A DNA stretch of 64,000 bases from Octopus bimaculoides (Eukaryota), in contig NC_068982.1 in assembly GCF_001194135.2 (NCBI RefSeq), forward strand, positions 122,664,007-122,728,006, written 5' to 3'. Position numbers and translations under genes: made by a program. Under the pieces are notes generated by a model. That model did no database searches, was not told where the DNA came from, and worked only from the letters and a program-made list of their open reading frames with translations. How positions within the stretch are numbered: position 1 is the first letter of the stretch; each line of letters opens with the position of its first letter. This document shows positions 1 through 12,533 of the stretch, one piece after another.

Positions 1-290
1 TATGTACATATGTATGTATGTATATATATGTATATATATACATATATTTATGTACATATGTATGTATGTACATATATATATGTATATATATATACACACA
101 TATATATATATATATATACATATGTATATATATATGTATGTAAAAATATAATGTGTATACATATGTATGTATATATATATATATGTGTATATATATGTAT
201 ATATGTATGTGTGTATATACATATTTCTATATATATATATATATACATATGTATATATGTATGTATACATATATATATATTTGTAAATAG
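1..290. repeat. Compound (TA)n/(TATG)n microsatellite; similar simple repeats recur throughout (e.g. 5125-5270, 24984-25035, 27900-28450, 34700-35160, 38840-38990, 45513-45577)
   Basis: Direct reading; many border N gaps. Confidence 0.95.
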
Positions 291-1736
291 TAAGGAATTA
301 CTCCAAACGTTTATTGGTTTGCTCTCAGGTATTCAAAATAGGTTATTCGGCAGTTAATATATAAATCCAGTAATATTCTCATAAGATAAGAATTTAAAGA
401 TATACTCTGTTGGATAATTCTGAATATATAGGTCTACTGGAGTATATGATATCCACAATAATAATAATAAGGATTATTACAAAGTGGCATAATATTACTT
501 TTAATATATGTATAGTTTAGATTCATTTCTAAATTGTACAAAAACTGATCAAGTCAGTCTCTGATCCTCATTTTCTTTGTTAAGGTGATTTTAAATTGTG
601 AATTTTCTTGTACACTAGAAGAAACAAGGTAGTAAATATATAGTACAAGATATGGTCGTCGAAGTCGTCTTCTTCAAAAGTCTACTTCATAAATTGAAAA
701 CAATGAAGATTCCTATTGTTCCAAAGTATGCAAAAGAATAGGTGTGGAAACAGTAGCTAAATTTTCAATTCCATTAAAACGATATGGTTACAGAAACTTG
801 ATAAAATGAAGTGACATTAAGTACAAAGTTAGATACAATAATTTGTCTTTTATCATTCATTGAGAAGGTTTAAATGAATAACTTGTCAGGCTTTTGCTTG
901 AAGATTTGTTTTCATGTAGTCTACTCAGGATGAAAAAGTACCTCTCCGGCAGCATCTATCAGATAACTTAACAAATAAGACCAGATTGATTTGTTGGTGC
1001 AGTGTGAAAATCACAAAAAATTGACAATTAATTGTATGCAGAATTTAGACTCATGAGAAACCACCTTTAGGAATAGCCTCAATAATTCTACCAAAATGTA
1101 TAATTTTATTCGTACACTTCTTTTCAAAATATGAAATCTTGTCTTATTGAACATACAAACTGATATTTGTGTTTGAAAATAATAAATTTTATTATTGAAA
1201 ATATGGTATGAACAGGGATTAACTTCCTTCAGTTAGTTATTCTGTCAGCACTGTAATTTTAAATGTCTCGATTTCATTATTTCTCTCTTACTCCTCACAC
1301 ACTATTGCTCTCTAATGCACCCTATTATTTTCCCTATTTTCTACCATTTTTAACAATTATTTAATTTTTTTTATCATCAACAATATTATCTTTTAAATAA
1401 AACTCTTGATTAAACCTAATATTGGTGGGAAGTGTATTTAAGAATTACATGCCTTGTATTGTATTTTCCTATTAAACATCTTAGTGAATTGGGCTGAAAT
1501 CAATATCAGTGATTATCTAATCAATAAATGGCAGCATAAGTGTGTTTGTGTGTGTGTGTGTGTCTTTTAAATAAAAATAAAAGCATTGTTAAATATGATT
1601 ACTTAGTATCATCCTGTTTATAATTGACACTTTCAACAACTATAAGAGTGAAAAATCATGATGCATTTAACAATGGAAATATTAAGCTTTCAGCTTAACT
1701 TGAAAATTTCAGAGTTAGTTAATATACATATGTATG

Positions 1737-1770
<34 letters not shown>

Positions 1771-2860
1771 GATAGATATAGATTAGTTACAGGAATCATG
1801 GTAGTTGGTGAGTAGGTCATCTGGTTTTACCTTGCCTGTGTATGTGTTTAAAATTTAACTTATTATGGTGGGTTTTTACTATGGTATAATCTAAGAATGC
1901 ATCAATAAAGTATTACCAAAACAGCTATAGTGAATTTTGAACCCCACTTGTGTTCTTCTTTTATGTATATATATATATATACATATATATTCTAGTGGGT
2001 GACAAGTTCAAAAAGAACTTATGTTCAGTAATTTGGAAAAAAGTACTCAAAGATATGTCTGAGAGTCAATAAAAATATTTAACCTATAACTGTCGGTTTG
2101 ATAAAATATATTGTTTTACCTATGGCTCATCACCTATGACTCCTGAATAGCCACAGGTGAAACAGAATATATTTTGATGGAATAATAATTATAGATTTTG
2201 TGTGCATGTGTATATGCATGCATATGTGTATGTGTGGTGTGTGTGTGTGTGTGTGTGTGTATACACACATTTGTTTTTTGACCATTTTTTCATGCTAGTA
2301 TGGGTTAGACAATTGTATTATCAAGGTATTGTTTTCCTGTTGGATGCCCTTCCTGTCACTAATCCTTACCTATTTTTCATGTAAGCAATCACTTACTTTA
2401 TATGTATTTGAAGGTGCAAAATTAGCTGATGATTTGTTGAGGGAAGAAATGTCAATATCATTACTGGTAGCTTGCGATTTTCAGTGAAGAGTAAATATAA
2501 ACACACACACACACACATTTTTTATTTCAACACTAAAACTAGGAGTGAGATTGCTATCCAATTTTTGTAGTTGTCTGGGGATCTCAACATAAAACTGTTA
2601 GTTGTGATTAATGAAATTTCAGCTCCAAAATAAAATTATGAATTCTACATCATGTACTGAAGACTTTTCATCCACTATCTAAATATAGGCACTTACTAAA
2701 TTATATTCAAATTAGTCACCCATACCCACACTACCTTTTCTGAATTTCTTTCTCTTTGACATGATTTGACTATGGAGACTATGTAATCATGATGGAATAA
2801 GACTCTTCAGCCTCTACAGCAAAAAATTATAAACAAACCAGGCTTCAAGCATTCACGTGT

Positions 2861-2861
2861 G

Positions 2862-2892
<31 letters not shown>

Positions 2893-3200
2893 TTAACGTC
2901 CATTGTCCATGCTGGCATGGGTTGGACGGTTTGACCAGGGCTGGCAAGCTAGAAGGCTGCACCAGACCCCAGTCTGTTTTGGCATGTTTTCTACAGTTGG
3001 ATGCCCTTTCTAACACCAATCACTCTGAGAATGTAATGAGTGCTTTTACATGCCACTGGCACAGGTGCCATTTCTGTGACACTGGTATCTGCCATGATTG
3101 CAGTTTTACTTGACTTGATGGGACTTCTTCTCAAGCACGGCATAACGCCAAATGGACTCGGTTATTGTCATGTTTATTTTTCACTGATGGGTCCCTGTCA
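2861..3200 (-). mobile_element. 3' end of an RTE-type LINE or derived SINE with (GAT)n tail; related copies at about 4030-4325(+), 18430-18805(-), 36980-37170(-), 48770-48850
   Basis: Shared sequence (…ccaacccatgctagcatggaa…gacgttaaa(t/c)gatgatgat) with the LINE at 5830-6796. Confidence 0.75.
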
Positions 3201-3469
3201 AACATCTAACATGAACATGCACACACATACACACTCTGAAGGCACATGGCCTAATGATTAGAGTATGGATCTTAGACTGGAATACTGTTTGTTTGGTAGC
3301 TGAGCCAGGCAGGTTGTTGTGCCTGAAGTAAAGCGCTTCATTTTATGTTGCTCCTATCTGCTCAGCTAAAAATGAGTATCTGCTGACTACTGGTGCAGCT
3401 CTTTCTCCTTCCAGCTGTCACACCCTTGGCATTCTGCTGGGCTATAATGATGTCTGTGTTTGCTAGGTG

Positions 3470-3870
3470 CAGGAGTGGCTGTGTGGTAAGTAGCTTGCTT
3501 ACCAACCACATAGTTCTGGTTTCAGTCCTACTGTGTGGTACCTTGGGCAAGTGTTTTCTACTATAGCCTCGGGCCGACCAAAGCCTTGTGAGTGGATTTG
3601 GTCGACGAAAACTGAAAGAAGCCTGTCATATATATGTATATATATGTGTGTGTTTGTGTTCCTTGTTTGTCTCCCCCTCCCAACATTGCTTGACAACTGA
3701 TGCTGGTGTGTTTACATCCCTGTAACTTAGCGGTTCAGCAAAAGAGACTGATAGAATAAGTATTTGGCTTACAAAGAATAAATCCTGAGGTCGATTTCCT
3801 CGACTAAAGGCGGTGCTCCAGCATGGCTGCAGTCAAATAACTGAAACAAGTAAAGAAGTAAAAGAGTAAA
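3470..3870 (+). mobile_element. tRNA-headed SINE (family A); other copies at about 10378-10740(+), 34527-34645(+), 36445-36605(+), 36895-36965(+), 53925-54087(-)
   Basis: A-box-like tggctgtgtggtaag, B-box-like gg(t)ttcagtcc, core ccttgggcaagtg, shared tail ggtgctccagcatggctgcagtc…actgaaacaag. Confidence 0.75.
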
Positions 3871-5132
3871 TTTAAAACAATAAGCAAAAGAATGGTATAA
3901 GCTACCAGGTTATATGAGTGAGTGACAGCTGAACAATGTGTATTAAAATCTAGCTGCTTCCACCCTACTTAAAAGAATATTTATACTTTTTCCTTTTTTT
4001 TTTTTGTCTTGCAAGTACTTGGTGACCCTGTCAGTGCAGATGCCACTTAAAAGCACTGAGTTCACATTGTAAAGTAGTTGGTGTTCAGAAGGGCATCCAG
4101 CTGTAAAAACCTTGCCAAAACTGACCTCACTTGTGCTTGTACCATGTAAAAAGCACTAACTCCACTCTGCTGAGTGGTTGGTGTTAGGAAGAGCATCTAG
4201 CTGTAAAAATCCTGCCAAAACAGTCACAGAAGTCTGGTGCAGGCTTCCGCCAGGCCATCTCTTATGAGACTGTCCCACCCATGCTAGCATGGAAGGCAGA
4301 CGTTAAATGATGATGATCATCATCATGTTCTTAGGGTTGCAGGTTGCCAGGATTAGTGGAGTGTGAGACAAAGGACCTGGAAGTATTTATACTACATCCC
4401 CTTTAATTTCTGAGTTCAAGTATTGTCAAGGCCAACTATGCCTTTCATCCTTTGTGCCTCATTACAAATAGTACCACTCAAGTATTAGTTGCCACTACCC
4501 TCAAAATATGTAAAACTATTCCTGTACTGGAAATGATTAAGTGTTTTTAATTAAATAGCTCCCTAATGTTACACATTTATAAATGACATATTTTTATCAA
4601 GCCAATGAGGGTCCCTTTATGTGGTCACTCAACATTCCAGAATTAGAAATCAAACCTCTCCCTTAGCAAAACCCTACTATGGCCATTGATATACAGAATA
4701 ACATATATATATATGTTCTAAATATATATATATATTTTAAGCATACATATTTTGTTTATTTTTATCTTATTTATAAACATTGATTTGTTTGTTTGTTTCC
4801 ATTTCATTTAGCATGTTTGTGTTTGCATATATACATATATATATTTTGTTAATTTATTTTATTTCTTTTTAATTTTGTTTTGCTCTTATTTTCATTTTTT
4901 GTGAATTTATTCATTTAGCAGCACAAATATCCTATGCTTATTTTGACTTTTAACAAATAACTGTGTATGAAATTGCATTTTGGCTCACTATTAACCATAT
5001 ATATTTTTATATACGTATATATACATGTATGTACTTCTTTATATATATCTGTGAAGCTCTTTGTTGTAGATTTATCAAGTATTGATTTGATGCATTGCTT
5101 TTTACAGATCCCAACTGCATTGTTGTTTTAGA

Positions 5133-5164
<32 letters not shown>

Positions 5165-5195
5165 TATATTTTATATATATATATANNNNNNNNNN

Positions 5196-5270
<75 letters not shown>

Positions 5271-5758
5271 TATATTTTATATATTACAGTATAGCATATT
5301 ATATTTGTATTTGTTTTCATTAAGATTTCTTGAAACTCTAAGTCTAGCTGAAATGATAAGAAATTCTCAGTACAAAAGACAGATGACAGATATATCTCTG
5401 GAATTTTTTTTTCTAAAATGAAAGACACACTGTGATCCTATCACCTGATTCAGGACATTATGTCCTGAATGTTAGCACCATAGTAAAGATATTTTAGCAG
5501 TTAGTCTGACTTATCTTTCTTCTTACTCCCTTTTACCTCCACAATATACACACTGGCTATCTGCTCAAAGCTTAGTCATTTGTTCTTACATTTCTATAAC
5601 CATTGTGTTTTGTCCTTAGGAAAACACATTGATCAGAATAGGATGCTTTATAAAAGACGTGCTAGTTAATGATCCAACCAACCCATGCTAGCATGAAGAA
5701 ACATATATATATATATATATATATTGGAAGGTTTGGAGGTGATGTACAGGAATTATAC

Positions 5759-6971
5759 ATTAGAAAAAATAATAAGGTACTCAGATATCTGGATGGTTGT
5801 ACATTTACAGATTTTTATTAATATGTCACTGCAAAGACTGCAAACAATAAAGACTGCAAACAATAAAGACTGCAAACAAACAGGAAACAACTTCTATCTC
5901 ATTCCAGGGTGAAAAACTAGAGGTAGTCGATAGCTTCCGCTATCTGGGCGACCAAGTTAGTAGTGGGGGTGGGTGCGCTGAAAGTGTAGCTGCTAGANNN
6001 NNNNNNNNNNNNNNNNNNNNNNNNNNNNNNNNNNNNNNNNNNNNNNNNNNNNNNNNNNNNNNNNNNNNNNNNNNNNNNNNNNNNNNNNNNNNNNNNNNNN
6101 NNNNNNNNNNNNNNNNNNNNNNNNNNNNNNNNNNNNNNNNNNNNNNNNNNNNNNNNNNNNNNNNNNNNNNNNNNNNNNNNNNNNNNNNNNNNNNNNNNNN
6201 NNNNNNNNNNNNNNNNNNNNNNNNNNNNNNNNNNNNNNNNNNNNNNNNNNNNNNNNNNNNNNNNNNNNNNNNNNNNNNNNNNNNNNNNNNNNNNNNNNNN
6301 NNNNNNNNNNNNNNNNNNNNNNNNNNNNNNNNNNNNNNNNNNNNNNNNNNNNNNNNNNNNNNNNNNNNNNNNNNNNNNNNNNNNNNNNNNNNNNNNNNNN
6401 NNNNNNNNNNNNNNNNNNNNNNNNNNNNNNNNNNNNNNNNNNNNNNNNNNNNNNNNNNNNNNNNNNNNNNNNNNNNNNNNNNNNNNNNNNNNNNNNNNNN
6501 NNNNNNNNNNNNNNNNNNNNNNNNNNNNNNNNNNNNNNNNNNNNNNNNNNNNNNNNNNNNNGGGTGGCACATAAAAGACACCATTTCGAGCGTGGCCGTT
6601 TTCGTGCGGGTGACACGTAAAAGCACCCACTACACTCTCTGAGTGGTTGGCGTTAGGAAGGGCATCCAGCTGTAGAAACTCTGCCAAATCAGACTGGAGC
6701 CTGGTGTTGCCATCCGGTTTCACCAGTCCTCAGTCAAATCGTCCAACCCATGCTAGCATGGAAAGCGGACGTTAAACGATGATGATGATGATGATGATGT
6801 CACATGTTTTTATAGATTAGCACTTGCATCTATTCTTGTAGATTCTCCAGAATCTGGAGAATGTACAAGAGTAGATGCAAGCACCGATTTATAAAAACAT
6901 GTGACATATTAATAGAAATCTGTAAATGTACAACCATCCAGATATCTGAGTACCTTATTATTTTTTCTAAT
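5759..6971. mobile_element. About 245-bp fold-back MITE split by a LINE insertion (arms 5759-5829 and 6797-6971)
   Basis: 5759-5829 is the near-exact reverse complement of 6900-6971; centre palindrome ttctccaga-a-tctggagaa at 6852; TA-rich flanks. Confidence 0.85.
5830..6796 (+). mobile_element. 5'-truncated RTE-like LINE (RT fragment plus 3' UTR, middle in N gap)
   Basis: GEKLEVVDSFRYLGDQVSSGGGCAESVAA at 5908-5995; (GAT)n tail; ATGTCAC direct repeat at 5823-5829 and 6797-6803. Confidence 0.8.
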
Positions 6972-7754
6972 ATATACATATATATGTAAGCATGTATGTA
7001 TATTGCTGGCTTAATTCAATTGGAGTACTTCCAGTTTTTAGGTGTATATTGAGTAACAATAAAAAGAGTTATATTTTCAAAGAACATGGCATTAGTGAGG
7101 ACTGCTATTCTTGAGAAGAATGAGTCAGTTTTAATTAGACAAAAAGGTAATCAATCAAAAGCTTTTAACATACATGTTAAATATTGTATGTCAGATATGA
7201 CATGATCTAAGTTTGAGTTAAGGCAACACCACAATACAGTTTTTATTTCCTTTTGATGCCATTTCACTTCCTTTGTGTTCCTAATTCCTGCAATGTAGAC
7301 ATGAATGTCATAATTTGTAGTTCACTTTCCTGGAAATATAGGGTCTTGGAACCTCTACAAAGGAAACTGAGATGCGGAATGTAACAATCAATTGATTAAT
7401 CATTATAGTTGGGAGTATTTTTGAGAAGTAAACATACCATGTTAATCTATCTATTAGCAAATTACCTATATCAAAATCTGTGTTTAATAAAAAAGCAGAA
7501 AATAAAAGAACATTGGAAGAACCATCTAGTACAGGCGTTTTATTTATTGATTTATTGTGTATACTTAAAAATGCCAGTTCCAAAATATTATATCTTTTGG
7601 ATGGTGAAATGAAGAAATGAAATTTTTAGTTCAGTTAAATTTCATGCCTTTTGAATCACTTATTACTATTATTATCATTATAAAGAAATTATCTTTGTTG
7701 TAATACCCCTTGTATCATTTATTTTGTTGTTTGATTACTTCCCTCAAAATACAG

Positions 7755-7942
7755 ATGCTCGGGCAACTGGTTCAAATGATATGACGGACCATGGAGAAAA
7801 TGATATTTGGTTCCGGAGAGAGAAAAAGCTGGTTGATCAGTATGTCATCAAATCTGGAATGATGAGATTCTCATTTTTACTAGAATGTTGTGCTCCAGGT
7901 TCTTTACCTGATCCGCAGCTTGTTGCTGCAATGTTGACTCTG
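7755..7942 (+). CDS. unc-80: unc-80 exon (phase 1 to 0): (D)ARATGSNDM...RFSFLLECCAPGSLPDPQLVAAMLTL
   Basis: Acceptor aaatacag at 7754; GC donor CTG|gcaagt at 7943; conserved UNC80 peptide. Confidence 0.9.
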
Positions 7943-9094
7943 GCAAGTTTTTTTACTATATTCTCCTTTTCTTAGATTTTTTTTTTATATTACAACGTTA
8001 GTCATTGGTTAGTGATTGTTATGTTTATGATTTCTTGCCCACTATTTATTTCCTGCATGGTGTTCTGTGTTGTACAGATACCGAATGCTGTGTTATGCGA
8101 AATGTAGTTGTGGTGAAATGATGTCAACGTTTAATGCCAGTTTAGACCTTGCCAAGCAGATTTGTGATGAAAGAATTGGTCTAACCCTGACAGGCCCATC
8201 TTTTTGTATATCTGTGACAACAATGTGTCCTTCCCTCAAACTGATGACTGAATGTGATTTTAAGCAGCTTGAACAATCACACAAACGGTCCTTCATTGTA
8301 GTGCTGTACAACAATGTGTAACGAATGAAGTGACATATATAGTGTAGTACAGTGTTATGTCATGTATTTTGTAATATACAGATGCATCTTAATGTAGTGA
8401 ATGGTATCATGTTTAATATAGAGCAGACAAATGGTTATTAGTCATTTTTAACTGGAAGTCAAACAAAAATTTCTGGTGCATTCTGCATTGAAACTTAAAA
8501 CAGAAATTATTTATAAATTTAGAAAATTTTGCTAATCATACTTGTGTATAACAAAATTTTGAATAACACATTTTTCATGGCCCCTAAACATTAGAATAGA
8601 TTTTATGAAGTCTGAACCCTTTAGCATTTAAACTAGTCATATCTGGCTGAAATATTCTGCTTGTTGTATGTTCCAACTGGTCAGATTTGGTCCCTCACAT
8701 ATAAACTACAATGTCACTTATAAAAATAAACAATCAGATCACGAAAATCTTGAAGCTATGAGATAATGTATGATTAATTCATGTGAATAAATAAGCTTTA
8801 CATTTGACTAAATGCTAAAGGGTTAGATCATATATTTTAAAAATCTGAAGCACATCTATATAACCCAATGATGTACCAAAAACACTGTAACACGTCATTT
8901 GAGAAACACAGATGCTGAGGAAAGAATTGATATATCATTTGAAGTGTAGTATGGTGTTGTGTCATGTGTAGTATGTAATATGTATTATTTGAAATACATA
9001 ATATAGTAATACAGTGAAATGATGGTTGAAGTAAAATATAGTGAAATATTGTGTCTCTTTTAACGAAATATCTGATTTATATTTTCTTCTCCAG

Positions 9095-9310
9095 GAAGCA
9101 CCAGTGATTGCCCGAGCAACTTTGTTATTGGAATGTGCCCATTTTATACACCGTTGTAACAATGGGGATTGGCCAAATTGGATGAAACTCAACTTACCAA
9201 CATTTCGTCATTCAACTGCAGCCTTGCAAAGCAGGGGGCAACCTTCAGGTTATAGACGTAGCTTGGTCTTCCAAAGAGCAGCTGGCAAGATGTTTTATCA
9301 ATGGGCAGAG
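9095..9310 (+). CDS. unc-80: unc-80 exon (0 to 0): EAPVIARATLLLECAHFIHRCNNGDWPNWMK...AAGKMFYQWAE
   Basis: Acceptor tttcttctccag; donor GAG|gtgagt; 216 nt open. Confidence 0.96.
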
Positions 9311-9659
9311 GTGAGTCAGAGTGAGGGATAATTACACAATATTTGTTCTGAAAACCATATCCTTTCTTTTTTAATACTTTAATATTTTAAAGGCATTTAA
9401 CTGTAACTAACCAAATAGGGTATTAATTTTTTAGCTTAGACGATGTTACATACTGTAATCCTATCATAGGTGGAAATATATTAGATTGGTGGATATAGCA
9501 CTTAAATTTACTTGACTAATGTCTAAGTAGTTGTATCAACAAATTAATAATTTAATTTTAAACACTGCCATTCACAAACTCATACCTCTAAAAATATTTT
9601 TACCAAAAAAATTTCATTAAATCAAGTTCAAAATCCATCTCATAGTTGTCATTGACCTA

Positions 9660-9880
9660 TATCTGTTGTTAAGGTGGCCAACTGGCAGAATTGTTGAGAC
9701 GTTGGATAAAATGATTAGTGGCATTTCTTCCAAAGCTTTATACACTGTGTTCAAATCTTGCTAAGATTTTCATCCTTTCAGGGATGATAAAATAAATTAA
9801 CAGTCAAATACTGGGGTCAATGTAATTGACTTGCTCACTCCCTTCAAAATTGCTGGCCTTGTGCCAAACTAGGAATTATT
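9660..9880 (+). mobile_element. tRNA-headed SINE (family C, core gcctttcatcctt..ggggtcgataaaataagtacc); copies at about 4340-4500(+), 13065-13270(-), 18830-18990(-), 30720-30900(+), 31520-31900(-, two), 42430-42625(-), 47655-47850(-), 56075-56290(+), 56350-56520(+)
   Basis: Mutually similar copies in both orientations; ggtggcaagctagcagaat head; (ATT)n tails. Confidence 0.8.
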
Positions 9881-9941
9881 TCTGTCTTTTATAATCACAT
9901 TTTTTTTATTACTGTAAATATTATAAATGCTTTATTCATAG

Positions 9942-10077
9942 ACTTTGGGAAGCCAGTTGGAATACATCATGGCTAAAGAATACACCGATAAACTAACTGT
10001 TATCGATGAAGTTACTGATGAGCTGCGTAAAAGAGAATTGCGAATGGAAGATGAAAATGAAAATTTTTTAGATGAAG
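9942..10077 (+). CDS. unc-80: unc-80 exon (0 to 1): TLGSQLEYIMAKEYTDK...RKRELRMEDENENFLDE
   Basis: Acceptor tttattcatag; donor AAG|gtatat; not in the ORF track (only its antisense is); restores phase between neighbours; resembles UNC80 RxLRxEDEEEDFLD motif. Confidence 0.92.
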
Positions 10078-11323
10078 GTATATAAGTATTGTATGAAGTA
10101 TTTTTTGAACTCTTTCTGTTCAAAACTGTTATTTCTTTAGTTCTTTTACAGTTTACTTTAGCCATCATTACCAATTCATGCTGAAGTACCACCTGGTTAC
10201 TCAAATGAAATCAAGAAAAATAGTTTTGAAATTTCATTTGAATTCAATTTCCTTGGCTGTTTTAAATTTATATTTGAAGCACTTTCTAATTTTTGTATCA
10301 TTCAATTTCATCTTTCTTATGATTGATGATTGTGATACATAATGGGTATTTTGTATTCATCCTTTACTATACTATGCTGTAGCTGTGTAGGTAAGAAGCT
10401 CATTTTGCAACTGTGTGGTTCAGATTCAGTCCAATTGCACCCCAGCCTGGGAAAGTGTGTTCTACTATAGCCTGGGCCAACCAATGTTTTGTGAGTGAAT
10501 TTGGTGGAAATTGTGTGGAATATTATAGTGTGTGTGTGTGTGTGTGTGCTTATCTCTGTCTATCTGTCCTGCCATTTGGCAATCATGTTGGTTTGTTTAT
10601 ATCCTCATAAAAAAATGTCTAAAAGAAGTACCAGACTTAAAAATAAGTTCTAGGGCTAATTTGTTCGACTAAATCCTTCAAGGCAGTACCCCCAGCGTGA
10701 TTGTAGTCCAGTGACTAAAACAAGTAAACAATAAATGATACTTCCTATACTATAGCAAAGCATACATGGTAAGTTTGATTTATGGCCTATTGTTTTGTAC
10801 TTTACCTTTTTACAATCAGTTAAAACAAAATGGATTTCTCTTCATTTTGACGATGAGTCGTTCAATCAAATATACTACCTGCTTATTGAATTACACCGTA
10901 AATGGCTGAGTATTTCATAGGCACATGTAGGTATGTCATGAACCTTATAACTCCCAAGGCCAGATTTTAATTCAGTTTCCATGATGTATGAGTGACTGAG
11001 ATTTCAAGACTTCCTTGCTGAACAACAGGTCAGTCTGTCACCGAGTTAACATCCCAACTACTGTTGAAACTTATTTACAGATGAGTAGATGGGAGCAATG
11101 TGAAATGAAGTGTTTAGCTCAAGAACACATCACTCTGCCTGGTATATATGCTTCCATGTTTAATGTATCAACATGTTAACTTTTTAAAATAGTTTGAAAA
11201 CTAATTGATAATTATGTTATTATAGGTGCTTATATTGGCATTGCTTATGTAGTTAGAGAGTAAATAAAAGACTAGGGTCCAAGGAGACAAATGATAGTTC
11301 ATATGAAGTCCAGTCAATAAGAT

Positions 11324-11897
11324 GGATCTTTTTTAAAACAGGGGCCACATTTTTCATTAACGAAACACTTTGAAACGTGGAACACTGGTAGAATGTGTCA
11401 TATAAAACATCTTTTTCTCGTAGTCTTCTTAAAAAAAAAAGAAATCCATAAGTTATTCCATGTTGAAGTTGTCGTATTTCTGTAATTTCAACCAATCACT
11501 GACGTCCATTCAGCCAATATACATTAAGTGCCGACTACATAAACAAACGATTCTGAAACAATTAACCCTAACCCTAACCCTAACCCTAGGGTTAGGGTTA
11601 GGGTTTAAGCAAATTTAAAATGAAAAAAGCAAATAAAACGAAGGTATGGAGATTAAATACGCTTTACATCGCTTAATCAGCCAAAGGAGTAAATGTAAAC
11701 AACTGAATACTTGTCAGTGATTGGTTGAAATTATCAAAATAAGACAATTTTTTACATGAAATAAATTCGAATACAAAAATATTTTTGTGTTCTATAACAC
11801 AAAATAGATAAGTATACGAAGTTTGAAAGTCTTTCCGTACCAAAAACACTACGTAAAACATTAATGAAAAATGTGGCCCCCGTTTTAAAATAGATCC
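11324..11897. mobile_element. 574-bp MITE with about 37-bp TIRs (GGATC…GATCC), 8-bp TSD AATAAGAT, inner inverted repeats and central telomeric palindrome
   Basis: TIRs 11324-11360 and 11861-11897 (2 mismatches); TSD 11316-11323 and 11898-11905; perfect 21-bp inner IR 11483-11503 and 11713-11733. Confidence 0.88.
11563..11605. repeat. Interstitial telomeric-type repeats (TAACCC)4-TA-(GGGTTA)n forming a perfect 36-bp palindrome (11570-11605)
   Basis: Direct reading. Confidence 0.95.
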
Positions 11898-12269
11898 AAT
11901 AAGATTTATAAAATAAGTCTAGGTGTATTCTAATGTTTCAAGGAAAGGCTTCCTTATTTTATATTACAAATTTCATTAACACTTGAGTAGATTTGTTCTA
12001 ATTCAACTAAATATTTGAACAAACCTATAGATATGTAGAAATATTATGCTTGAAGACAATTAGAAAATGTGCTAATTGAAATATGTTGTAGAAGGACAAA
12101 AGCCAAAATTAATAATCTGAGAAACCCATAATATTCCCACCACCACCATTGTTAATGCATTATTATTATTTTAGAATTTGATTCCTTTTTTTTCTTTTCT
12201 TTTTTCCCTTCAAATAATATAATTAGAGTGTGCAAAATTAGATAGATATTCACTACTTTCTGTTTTTAG

Positions 12270-12533
12270 CTACTGTAAATTTTACTGGAGCTGAATGCCC
12301 TTATGCCTTGAAAATGGTTGCTTGCCTAGTCCTCCTGGAAATTACAACTTTTATGAGAGAAACCTATCAATATATACCTAAATCCCGCATGGGAAAAAGA
12401 GATGCTGTGTGGGAGCGAACAGCAAGTACAACTCGAAGATGGAGTAGTGGAATTGGTAGTCCTGGACATTCAGAGAAAAGTATTGAATCAAACATAGGAG
12501 ATGTTCCACAAACTATGCAGTCTGGTTCAACAA
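12270..12533 (+). CDS. unc-80: unc-80 exon (1 to 1): (A)TVNFTGAECPYALKMVACLVLLEITTFMRET...QTMQSGST
   Basis: Acceptor tttctgtttttag; donor CAA|gtaagt. Confidence 0.93.

Noticed and set aside
10-357. Many ORF-track entries rich in YI/HT/CV repeats (also 5095-5421, 21086-21520, 24789-25181, 28171-28480, 34263-35592, 38734-39017, 44031-44426)
   Set aside because: Translations of (TA)n/(CA)n microsatellites and N gaps, not genes
3470-3560. tRNA genes at SINE heads (also 41675, 43140, 48245, 55640, 61590)
   Set aside because: Only A/B-box remnants without a full cloverleaf; they are SINE promoters
5917-6723. Long minus-strand ORFs of 207-268 aa
   Set aside because: Almost entirely N; the flanks are the antisense of a LINE
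7947-9098. GT-AG alternative to the GC-AG intron
   Set aside because: Weak donor (CAA|gttttt) and acceptor (gaag), and it destroys the conserved LEAP motif
9357-9365. U12-type donor ATATCCTTT
   Set aside because: An AT-rich 9-mer expected about once by chance in the window (another near 32222); the neighbouring exons already use normal GT-AG sites
10921-10930. 10-nt (or 6-nt) mini-exon with gtatgt donor
   Set aside because: The 10-nt form frameshifts with no partner; the flanking exons already join in a conserved FLDE-A-TVN motif
11563-11605. Ancient telomere fusion or chromosome end
   Set aside because: The orientation (CCCTAA then TTAGGG) is opposite to a fusion signature, and the repeats sit inside a TSD-flanked MITE
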